This document shows positions 51,748-64,000 of a stretch of 64,000 bases of DNA, piece by piece. The translations under genes were made by a program, and so were the position numbers. The notes beneath the pieces are model-generated. The model made no database searches. It had not been told where the DNA came from and saw nothing but the letters and a program-made list of their open reading frames with translations. Within the stretch, counting starts at the first letter, position 1, and every line of letters starts with the position of its first letter. The stretch is taken from NCBI RefSeq assembly GCF_006345805.1, contig NC_043011.1, positions 39,630,464 through 39,694,463 on the forward strand, in the 5' to 3' direction. Source of the DNA: Octopus sinensis (lineage: Eukaryota).

Positions 51748-53548
51748 ATGGATTGATGGATGGACGGACGGACGGACACACACACAATGTGTGACAGAAC
51801 ATTGCATGTGATTCTGTTGAAAAGCTAGATTAGCAGATCCTAAGGGAATATGTTTCTAACAGGAATCAAAATATGACACAATTGAAATTAAAGATTAAAT
51901 TATAAAACACATTCAAGTTTGAAGCAAGAGAATGAAAAGTAGTTGATAGTTTGTCATTTCATGAACCAGAAAAGAGAATACAGATGGCATTTATTTCTGG
52001 TCTTTATGAAATTAATCTTTCCATAATCATGTTACTAAGAAAATACATTACCTGTATGATTCAGTTTGCTTTTAAAATCATCAAGTTTTTGGATGGATTT
52101 AGTAAAATAACTTTGTCATTATTATGTTTGTGTTTTGATACTCAAGAATTTGATGGAAGGTCTAATTTAATTATGAACGCAACATAATGAGAGGAACTGC
52201 ATCAGAACTTAGAGGCAGGTTCACTTGCAGTTATATCAAAATTCAATTCAATTCTTATTGGCTCAAAAAGCAAAAGGAAGGCCATGTAAGGGGACAGGGA
52301 GGGTGGTCATACAAAGAGTTCAGGCCAGTTCTGGTCAAGAGAGACTTTGAACTGAGTGGTCGTCGGCATCTTCACTATCTATAAAATCAGAAAAGAGTTT
52401 CTCCCCAAACAGAGCACCAATCTATAACTGCATGTAACTTTAATAGAAGTTCTGGTAGATCCCTAGTTATTACTAACAGCTCACTTTACTGAGGCACATG
52501 GTATAAAATGACCTGCCTGCATTGAAACAGAATAAAAAGGCCTGAAGTGGAATCAAGCATATCAATAAAGAATTCATGGAGGAAAAAACCCATATCCATT
52601 TTACCTTCAAATATATAAAAGATTTTGTATATTTAATTCCTGTAACAATAATTGAATCCCATGAGAACCTTTTTAATTGGGTTTCCTATTCTGAAGTTAT
52701 ACCATGTGTATCCTCATTTTAAAATTGGTACACTGTGTCCTTGGGTGTCATGAGAAAACTGGAAGGATTGATAACATGAAGGATATCCAACCATGAAACA
52801 CTGCCTCAGAACAACTAACTAATACCAGCGCAGAAGAACAGTTGTAAAACTTTGATAAATTCCTATTTGGAAGTTAGGAGTTTTATTTGTATTTTAAAAC
52901 TGCTGGTTATTTGGAGTGGCAAATACAACATAATGGGTTACAGTGGACAAGTGGTAGTGAGAAGGAAATGGTGATTGTGTAAAAGATAAGCTACCTAGGA
53001 GCTTAAGCTAAGCAAAGATCTAGAAAACTGGAAGTTTTCTTGCAAAGATGAATGGCTAAATATTGAAAGTGTCCTGCAAAGATGAATAATTCTTAAATCG
53101 GAATGATTCTATCTCAAAGGCTTCCTGCAAATATGACTCATATTGTCTTGAAGTTTCCCTGCAAACAAGAATGTCTCTAACTGGAAGTTTTCCAGTAAAC
53201 ATGAATGTTTTCTAACTGAATGTTTCCTGAGCAAACACAAATGGTTTACATGAGACATAGCTTCTGAAAATATGAATGGCCCCGTGTGGAATTTTTGTAA
53301 GACCAAATATAAATCTACAGCAGGTACAGTATAACAATGGTACACTAAATGTCACTCTTGTGAAAATCCTGAAATCTTTACAAAGATGAATGGTCCTATT
53401 GAGAAATAACACCTGAAAATATGAATGGCCTTGTGCAACATTTCCTAAGACTAATAATAAATCTAGTGCAGATGGTGTTGTGCTGAAGAAATGTCACACT
53501 TGCAAAAATTGTGAAATCGTGAAATGGTGAGAGCAGTAATAAATTTAT

Positions 53549-53658
53549 CTATGTAATGTTAGAAGGAGAAAAACTTGATAAGTCAGTTTTTGCATCTGTG
53601 GAAGCATCTGTTGCTCTGTTGCATGTATTGGAAGAAGCATCTAATTTGAATCTATTTT
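53549..53658 (-). CDS. Candidate terminal coding exon of an unidentified minus-strand gene
   Basis: Long pyrimidine tract ending ctccatag|; phase-1 frame (E)NRFKLDASSNTCNRATDASTDAKTDLSSFSPSNIT*. No homology recognised. Confidence 0.3.
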
Positions 53659-53924
53659 CTATGGAGTGTATAAGACGAAGAAGGGAAGGAAATAAGAAAA
53701 TATATTTAATGTAAAAATGAAAACAAACAAAAACAAGAAAGGTAAGAATAAAAAAAAAACTAAAACGTGAATTCACTATAAAAATTATTTTTAGACGTTG
53801 GATGACTTACCAAAGTTTTGTATGGATTATTATCTGATAAAATATAGGAAACAAATAAAAAAAAAACAAAATGAGTGTCCATATCAAAATTAGAATAAAT
53901 ACAAATTTACATAACTGTGTGTGG

Positions 53925-53975
<51 letters not shown>

Positions 53976-54002
53976 CATATATATATACATATATATATTT
54001 AC

Positions 54003-54047
<45 letters not shown>

Positions 54048-54064
54048 TGCATATATATATATAC

Positions 54065-54132
<68 letters not shown>

Positions 54133-56129
54133 GCATATATATACATATATATATATACATATATGTGGGTTTGCATAATACACATACATTACATTTATAT
54201 ATGTATGTAATATGCACATACATTTATATATATGTGTGTGTGTACATACGCATTGTGTTACTGCAGTTTTGCAGTGTTTTAAAACTGTTTTTAGATGATA
54301 TTTGAATAGTTGAAGATTTTTGTAAGCCATGCACATAATATTTTAAACAGATTGTTTAAATGTATATGTACATGTCTATGTATGTATCTATGTGTGTATA
54401 TGTACATTCATACTAGAATATCTAAATTCTTCCTAAATGTTTATTTCTTGTCTCCGCTCATGTAGGTACTAATATATTTAATGCATTGCAAATCTTCTGA
54501 CTGATAGATGATTGATGTTTGCTATTCCATTATATGCTGTATCGTGTCTCAAGCATAAAATGACTTTACTGAAGCCTGGACATAAAATACTAAGCAGAAA
54601 ACAGGTATGGTGTTCAAAGCTTTATAGAGTATACACATGTTTCATCAGAAGGTCAAAATAATTACACAACAGTAGTAGTAACATTATGCAATCATGCATT
54701 TCACCTCTGCATTGTACTACACTAGGTGTTGGATTGGACTGTGGAACCCACAACTGAATCTGATTCTGGCTACATGACACACTATATATATGTACATCTA
54801 TATATGTATCTAAATATATATGTATGTAATATGTGTGTTTACATATTAGTGAGAAATAACAAAGGGACACAAATTACATAATTAAATTTATTAACTTGCA
54901 GCTGTTTCACCGAAGTCAGCAAAACAATTCCATGCAATGGGTAGTGCTCTATATTTGCTTAGTATCATCACTGCCTACTTATTTTTACAAACAAATGGTT
55001 GACAGGGACTTGGAAGTGTTCAAGCTGATCACATGTAGAACTTAGAATCTACTGTCAACCTTTCCTTTGTAAAAATACCTCCAAGATACTACATATATTT
55101 TTTGAGTGCTTATGTCATGCTCTATTATTTTCTAATCATGACTGACTTAATTAGCAAACTAATTATTTTGTTGCTGCAGCTGTTTTTTCCCCCATCCCAG
55201 CCCCCAGTCATATTGACCATTATCAAGCAGACCTATGATCAAAGGCACTCCAGCTGTGACCAACCTGGCATTATAGGAGTACAGTAGGAACTTCATTTTT
55301 CCAATGTATCCTTTTTTGGTAGTCAAGACAGTTGGGTGCAATTTGAGGGTGATTAAGCTGCTATTTCTAGTAGGTCTACAAGCAACTGAACTGAAGTCCT
55401 CTTATTAGCACATATTTGTGTATTGTTAAAGGATTAAGCTTTGTCCACACTGAAGAAGGAACAATTCACCGTCGTTGTTTTAATGTCCCCTTTTCTATGC
55501 ATACCAGAGTCAGATAGAATTCAATGACATAGATTTTCAATAAATCTGTCACCAACCCTAACCTCTTTCCAGGTAGGGTAATATTTTCCCAAGGCCAGAC
55601 ATGTTTTCATGGAAGACTGAAAATGGATGGCATTGCTTGTATGGTGATGATGTTTGCTAACAACTTTCATATAATGTCAAGACAGAGACACAACACACAC
55701 ACACAGACCTATACATACAACAGGCTTCTGTGAGTTTCCATCAATCAAATTCCCTCTCAAGGCTTAGTTCTATAGTAGAAGACACTTGCTCAAGGTGCCT
55801 TGTGGTGGGATTGAACCTAAAACCACATGGCTGAAAAATGAACTTAATTACACAAAACTATTGAACTTTACACAATCTATTTTCTTACTGGTTCTGTCAA
55901 TGGGCATTGACCATACTGGAGCATCACATACAATACAGGTAACTGTATTGAACCAAAAACTTGTGAACCGATACTTATATTAATGAGTTTAGAAGGATTA
56001 AGGCAAAATCAACCTTGGTGAGAATTGAGTTCAGAATGTACCACTCTATGGATTCTGCAAAGTACCACCTTAAGTTAAGTTCAAGGTTCAATTTTCTTTT
56101 TCACAGCTTGTGTTGTTATTGTTATTTAG

Positions 56130-56412
56130 TCACAGTTGAGTCCAGTCAAACAGGTCTATGGTTAAAGGAGTTTCACAAGTGAGCCTTCACCATCTTGTTG
56201 TTTAACTTCAGGTCAGCTCTGATGAAGTTGACCTATAATCAGAGGTGCTCCAACTGTGACTGTTCGGTCTTGCTGATGTTTAGCCCCAGGTCAGTACTGA
56301 TCAACCAGACATGTGATCAAAAGTTGTTCCAGCTGTGATCATTCTGTCTTGTTGCTGCTGTTTAACCCCAGATCAGCCTTGATCAAGCAGACCTATTAAT
56401 CAAAGGTGTTCT
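56130..56412. repeat. Degenerate tandem array of an approximately 65-bp SINE-tail unit
   Basis: Recurring tgttt(a)accccaggtcag...gacctatgatcaaaggtgttccagctgtga, four to five times. Confidence 0.7.
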
Positions 56413-59400
56413 TTCTCATCATTTAAAAAATTTCTTTCAAACATCGATCTTTTCTTTTTTTAAAACACTAGAGAAATATTTAATGAAGATTTGACAGCTA
56501 TTTTTAGCAGGCCAAGTAGTCACATATAGGCTCCCTTGCTGGCTTGGTGATATGGTTATTATGGTTTAGCTGCAGTTCAGCTTATACTGAGTTTCTTAAA
56601 ATGAAAGGCATTCCAGCCATGACCAGCCCGTCTTTTTTTTTTGTTCACACAATATATCAAGAACTCATGTTTCTCTTCTTTCTTTATAAGATGATAGAGC
56701 AGGATAAATGAGTGGCTGCTATTTCTAGAAATTCAACAGAGCATGTAATGAATGCTTGTCTTGTACCTAGGATTAGATTGATGAGGCTGCAAATTTAGAT
56801 ATCTGCAGGCAAATTTCTACTGTTGAATCCAATAACTTTCTCCATCCCAAATGCTATTTTCTGCTACTCTGAGTTTAGAAATGATGGCCATAAAAATGTT
56901 CTGTTATTTCAGTAAAAACCAAAAAGAAAATTACTCTTTGAAGAATTGCGCAAGTTTCTTGATTAATTACCAAAGAAATATTAATTAAAGGTAGCTCGGA
57001 TTTTTCAACTGAAAAACAGAATCTTGACAATAAGGGCCCTATTAACCCTTTAGCAATCATTACCTTGTAACTTTGAGATTTTGATGACATGAATGTTGAT
57101 TTTTAGAATGACATTGTAGCGTAGGTGTGAGATGCCAGATCTGGTCAGTTTTGGACATAAAAACAATGTAGAATATTTGGGCCAGATATGGGCAGTTTGA
57201 ATGTTCAAGGGTTAAGTACTTTTTTATACTTTAACATGGATTGGTTTCAGCCACTGAACTTTAGCTAAACTAGAACACATCATTTTCTGTGATACAATTA
57301 CACCACACCCTCCCTCTCTCCCAGAAATTATTATATCAAAAGGTTCGCTCATTTTATGGGCTGGAACTCATTTTGTTAACATCAGAAGGATGAAAAGAAC
57401 AAGTCAACCAGGGTAGAAATTGAACTAAGAACATAATAAAATACCACAAGTCTTTTTCTCTGACACTCTCCTGATTTTGCCAACCACCTGTCGATTTCAT
57501 ACTCAATGAATCACCATGAAACACACTGGTTTGACAGCAGTCCAGCTATTTCCTTAAGAAAAATATTATTTAAATTGTAACAGTTTAGAAACTTCAAGAT
57601 AAGAAATAAATTATTTTTAACAGTTAAACTTGAAATAGACAAAATTATAAATAATCCTTTCTACTAAAAGTACAAAGCCTGGAATTTTGGGGGAAGGGGA
57701 TAGCTGACTATATCGGCCCCAGGGCTCAACTGGTACTTTTTCCATCAACCCTGAAAGGATGAAAGGCAAATTTGACCTCAGCGGAACACAAACACAAACA
57801 AAATGCCCTCTAAGCATTTTGTCTGGTGTGCTCATGATTCAGTCAGCTCATCACCTTATTATAAAGTTATAAATAATAATGTGTGAAATGTTGGCCTAAA
57901 AAAAAGGGCCTTGAATGGAAAAAAAGTGAAAGGATGCCAATAGGATATGAATTCACATCTTCTGCAAACATAACAAATGTGCTAACCATGAGCAGCCTTT
58001 GACTTTTTTTTCCATCTAAGGGATTTCTTAATCCAATATCCTATACATTTATGATTCGTTTACTGGTTTCAGTCATTAAACTGCAGCCATGCTGGCACAC
58101 CACCTTTAAGAATTTTAGTCAAACAAATAGACTCCCCCGCCAGTACTTTTTTTTTTAGTTCACGCCTCTCCCCACCGTACTACCTTTGCAAACCACCTGG
58201 GGACCACAGACCCCAGGTTGGGAACCACTGCTTCAATATAATGATTAGTAAGTCTGTCATATTCACATAAGATGTGGGTTCAATTTCCATGGGTAGTCTC
58301 TGAAATTTTACCACTCAAGGTTTTTTGTTTTTTTAACCCTATATTCTAAACACTTATTTATCTACTTCAAGTTCCACCATTAAAAATAATTTAATTTACT
58401 CTTTAAAAATAAAAAAAATACTTATATTAAGGAAAATGTCAAATGTCTCAAATTAACCTTGAACCAGGGTTTTATGATCTATTCATTAAGAAAAGAAACA
58501 TTTTTCAAAAAAAAAAAGCCAAAGTTTGTTTTTTCTGTTGTTTTTGCGTTTTCATTCTCATCTTTTTTTTTTTAAATGAAATGTTTTTAATACAATTTTA
58601 CATGAGGTTTTATTACAATAATTTAATCTTGACCATTGCAATTATTGAGGGAAATTCATCTAAATTCAATTCAGCAGGAATGATTTTTTTTTTCTTCTTT
58701 ATCTCTTAAGAAATTTCTTCAAATGGAATGAGGAAAAATAAAAAAAAAATTTCCCTGTTTTTGTTTTTCTTTTTGTTAATTTTATTTATTTAAGTTTTTT
58801 AACACATATACACACATACTCGTACACACATATACATACACACATGCGTGATTGCACGCCTTATCACAACTTTACTGAATTCAAACATGAAGGTTTTGTT
58901 AATAATGGAAAAAAAGGGAAAACAGGGAAGAACAATACATTAAGAAAATCCCTTTCCATGCAAATATACATACATATATATATATACAGGTACATATGTA
59001 CATATATACACATAAGTACACATACACACACATGTATGTATGTATATATATATATATATGTGTGTATGTATGTGTATGTATATGTATGTATGTATATACA
59101 TATATATATATATGCGTGTGTGTGTGTACATATATATTAGTAATTATTTATACACAAATAAAAACAATCTTGTAAAAAGTAATGGTTGAAAGATTAAAGA
59201 AAAAAACTCAAGAAAACAGAGCATCCTTAAAATATAATGGTTTCTTCCTCAAGATGTGAAAACAGTAAATAAAAAAAGAAAAAAAAAATGAAGGAAAAAT
59301 AATAAAAGAAATGAATTAAATTAATAATAATATTTTCAAGAAAATGCCACATAGTTTGAAATATTGTCTTTGGATGTGTGTGTGTGTGTGTGTGTGTGGA

Positions 59401-61926
59401 TGTTTGTATGTGTGTAAGAGAGAGGGATAATTAAGGAAACATTAATCTATTATGTAATTAGCATTCAGAAAGTGAGAGTGGAGGTGAAACAAAAACGAAA
59501 ATTTAAAAAACAAAAACAAAACAAAACAAACGAGAAAAAAATTAACCTTTCTAAAATGATATTATATATGCGTTATGATTTCAATTGTAATATCTTAATG
59601 GGATATGATATTAAAAATCATAAGCGCCAATAGAAAATATGGGTGAGGGTAAAAAGCAACATGATTACTTGACGGCACTCAAATAATGTATCTCTTATCA
59701 ATATAACCTGATGGCCGGCCCTCCATAGTATAACTGATAAATCAGTTACTCAGCAAATAAGAGATATGCAGTTTGAGTCCTGTCTATGTGCCATTTGCTC
59801 TTTTTTATTTTGCTTCTAAAATTGGTACCTATAATGTCTAATAATAATTTAGTATTAGCTGGAATTAGCCATTTTACAGCTACATATTCTGTTACCAAAT
59901 TACAGTCCTTTTCTTTAACATTTTTGTCTTATGAAATTAATCAACATTTTTAAAATTCAAACTGGGTTTTTTTTCTGTATTTCATTACTTGTTTTGCAAC
60001 TATTTTTCTGTTGAAATATGTTGCTTTGTTTCAATTCTTTTGGAAAATAACGAAGAATTTAGTAAAATCACATTGTTCTTTTTAACATGATGTTTGAAGC
60101 ATAAATTTGCAAAAAATTTTAAAGGAAGATTTTAATTCAGATAATTTCAAATCAGAAATTTTGTTAACATAGAACCAGGAGTAGGGAGGGGTCAGGGGGA
60201 ATTGTGTCAAAAGGGTTAATCTACTTTGTGATGGGCATGATATAAGAAAAACATTTTTCTTGAAGAAGTTTATTTGGGAGGGACATAATACTCAACAGCT
60301 TACTCCTATCATTTTTCTCTTCCCACCCTTCCTATCAAGCAATACTTCCCATCTCATGTGATTAATATGTAAAGCCAGCAACAAATTATAATCACCAGAA
60401 GGCTTTTGGATTAGTCTCTGCGATAGCAATAATTTCAGTAACAATGGAATAAGCTGGCTGTTAATTAACTGATACCATCCAATGCCCTAAGTGCAGTGCA
60501 TGACATAGTGAGTGGTTAGGGTGCTGGACTCATGATTGTAAGATTGTGGTTTCGATTCCTGGACTGGGTGATGTGTTGTGTCCCTGAGCAAAACACTTTA
60601 TTTCACATTGCTCCAGTTCACTTAGCTGGCAAGAATAGGTAATGCTACAATGGACTGACGTCTTGTCCAGGTGGGGAATATATATATATCATGGAAACCA
60701 GGAAATTGTCCCTTATGAGTCTATATGACTCGAGAAGGTAACTAAGAAGAACTAAGAAGATCTAATGCCCTAGATCCTTAAATATTTACTTCATAGTTCA
60801 TCGTGAAACTGAAGGACAATCAGGGTGACAGAATGGATGCCAAGGCAATGAATAAGATCAAGAAGCTGACCAAAGACAAGATGGTGAAATGATCTCACCG
60901 ACTATCTTTGGCCTACATGATCACAACTAGCCATAGACGGACAGCAGTGGAAGGGGTCCAGTGAGTTCTTCCTTCGGGAGTGATGAAACCCTGGATAAAA
61001 TAAGTTCAGGAAAGATACCAGCTTGCCTGAGATTACCCATGATTCTCTGATACAAACTTCCTCTTTCAAAGTGATCCGTATGAAAAACTTCCACCAAAAA
61101 TTTCATGCCAATTTATGTTCCTAACACCAGATTAATAATTGTTTCTAAAATAGATACAAAGCGAGAAATTTTGCAGGGAGGGATTTAATTGATTAAATCA
61201 CGGGGCCAGGTACTATCAACACCAAAAGGATGAATGGCAAAGCATAACATGGCAGGATTTGAACAGAATGTAATGAGCTGGAAGAAAATATTTTTAGGCC
61301 TTTGGTCTATCACACTAATGCTTCCGCCAATCCACTACGCTTGAAAACATGAGATAAAATAATGATAGGGTTGTTTTACTAAATTCTTCATTATTTTCAA
61401 ATTCAAGTGAAACAAAGGCAACGGTATTTCAACAGGAATATTGTGACAAAATGCTGGCAGTAATGATTAGAGTACAAAACTAATATCCAAAAGAACAACA
61501 CAGTAAAATAGCTGTTTAAATATGAGACAAATTTAACTGTCTACCATCGAGGAAACACAAGAGTTCAGGTAACTTATTGTCATCGTTTATCAATGGTTTA
61601 TTTAAAGTCAAATGTTTCATTTTCGCTTTTATTTTCATGCTGTTATGAATTACATAAGTAAACTGAAAAAAAAAAATAATAATAAAAAAAAAACCAAAAC
61701 AATTTACAAACATAAAAACAAGCGGAAACAAAAACAGCCAACCACACAAACAATAATTTCTGATTTCTTTTGCATTGGTTTCATTAAACACTTTAACATC
61801 TTGTCTGGTTACAAACTTAAAACAAAACAATTCTCTGTCTTACTTAGTCAACTGCTAAAAGCCTATGGGGTATGGAAAGATGATGAAATTCAGATGGTTG
61901 CAGTGCATTTCAATCAGCAGTATCTC

Positions 61927-61929
<3 letters not shown>

Positions 61930-61963
<34 letters not shown>

Positions 61964-62219
61964 CAATATATATATATCTATATATATACATATAAATATA
62001 TATACACACATATATATATACATATCTATATATAAAAACACATATCTTTACATATATGTATGTACATATATATACACACACATATTTACATATATTTATA
62101 TACATACATATATCTATATACACATATATATTTGCATATATGTATATACACATATATATGCATATATATACATACATATATGTAAATATATACACATATA
62201 TATATTTATATTTACATAC

Positions 62220-62260
<41 letters not shown>

Positions 62261-62413
62261 AACATATATATATATGTATACACACATATATATATATGTA
62301 TACATACATATATATATATGTATACATACATATATATATGTATACATACATATATATATATGTATACATATATATATACATACATATATATATATACATA
62401 CATATATATATAC

Positions 62414-62448
<35 letters not shown>

Positions 62449-62619
62449 ACATACATATATATACATACAATATATATATATATATATATATATACATACA
62501 TATATATATATGTATACATACATATATATATATATGTATACATACATATATATATATGTATACATACATATATGTATACATACATATATATGTATACATA
62601 CATATATATGTATACATAC

Positions 62620-62667
<48 letters not shown>

Positions 62668-62715
62668 TGCACACCTCATTGATGTTTGAAAACATAATGA
62701 TAAAGCACTGTATAT

Positions 62716-62756
<41 letters not shown>

Positions 62757-63199
62757 TATGTATGTATATATATATATGTATACATATATATATATGTATG
62801 TATACATATATATGTATGTATACATATATATATATATGTATGTATACATATATAATATATGTATGTATACATATATATATATATGTTTGTGTGTATATAT
62901 ATATATATATATAATATATATATATATATGTATGTATATAAATATATGTAAATATGTGTGTGTATATATATGTACATACATATATGTATACATATATATA
63001 TGTATATATATATATATATGTGTATATACATATATGCAAATATATATGTGTATATAGATATATGTATGTATATAAATATATGTAAATATGTGTGTGTATA
63101 TATATGTACATACATATATGTAAAGATATGTGTTTTTATATATAGATATATATATATATATGTATATACATATATATATGTATATATATAGATATATAT

Positions 63200-63243
<44 letters not shown>

Positions 63244-63512
63244 ATATATATATACACAATATATATCTATATATATACATATAAATATATATACAACATA
63301 TATATATATATATATATAAAAACACATATCTTTACATATATGTATGTACATATATATACACACACATATTTACATATATTATATACATACATATATCTAT
63401 ATACACATATATATTTGCATATATGTATATACACATATATATGCATATATATACATACATATATGTAAATATATACACATATATATATTTATATTTACAT
63501 ACATATATATTT

Positions 63513-63547
<35 letters not shown>

Positions 63548-63747
63548 AACATATATATATGTATATACACATATATATATATGTATACATACATATATAT
63601 ATATATGTATACATACATATATATATGTATACATACATATATATATATGTATACATATATATATATACATACATATATATATATACATACATATATATAC
63701 ATATATATATATATACATACATATATATATATATATGTATACATACA

Positions 63748-63788
<41 letters not shown>

Positions 63789-63916
63789 ATACATACATAT
63801 ATATATATATGTATACATACATTATATATATATATGTATACATACATATATATATATTGTATACATACATATATATGTATACATACATATATATGTATAC
63901 ATACATATATATGTAT

Positions 63917-63971
<55 letters not shown>

Positions 63972-64000
63972 TGCACACCTCATTGATGTTTGAAAACATA
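61930..64000. repeat. Complex (TA/CA)n tract with direct and inverted higher-order copies
   Basis: Marker aaaaacacatatctttacatata is at about 62034, inverted at about 63120 and direct again at about 63318. Marker cacacctcattgatgtttgaaaacata is at about 62670 and 63974. Similar (TA/CA)n tracts are at 1370-1560, 49255-49700 and 53915-54245. Confidence 0.9.

Noticed and set aside
61914-63999. Long Y/I/M/C/H-rich ORFs of up to 403 aa (also at 1.3-1.8, 49.2-49.7 and 53.9-54.3 kb)
   Set aside because: Translations of (TA)n, (CA)n and (TACA)n microsatellites.

Overview
AT-rich, intron-rich animal DNA, saturated with microsatellites and transposons. The repeat families look like those of an octopod cephalopod (inference). 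There are two recognisable genes, arranged head-to-head around a CpG-retaining promoter near 19.6-19.9 kb. (1) A complete six-coding-exon SEC22A/C-type longin trafficking gene on + (25746-39184, 313 aa, all junctions GT-AG and phase-consistent). (2) The first coding exon of a probable CFAP221/PCDP1 ciliary gene on - (18552-18672), with an RFX X-box beside it. Weak candidate 3' exons of a third, minus-strand gene lie at 50-55 kb. The rest is tRNA-derived SINEs, LINE fragments (RTE, CR1-like, R4/Dong, L1/Tx1), mariner, piggyBac, hAT and Helitron remnants, MITEs and simple repeats. The most notable unannotated signal is an apparently intact minimal type I hammerhead ribozyme (24688-24779, minus strand) inside a Penelope-like repeat. 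Several degenerate hammerhead-like relics, often in palindromic pairs, sit in (TA)n tracts across the window. Most of the supplied ORFs are artefacts of simple repeats or transposons.
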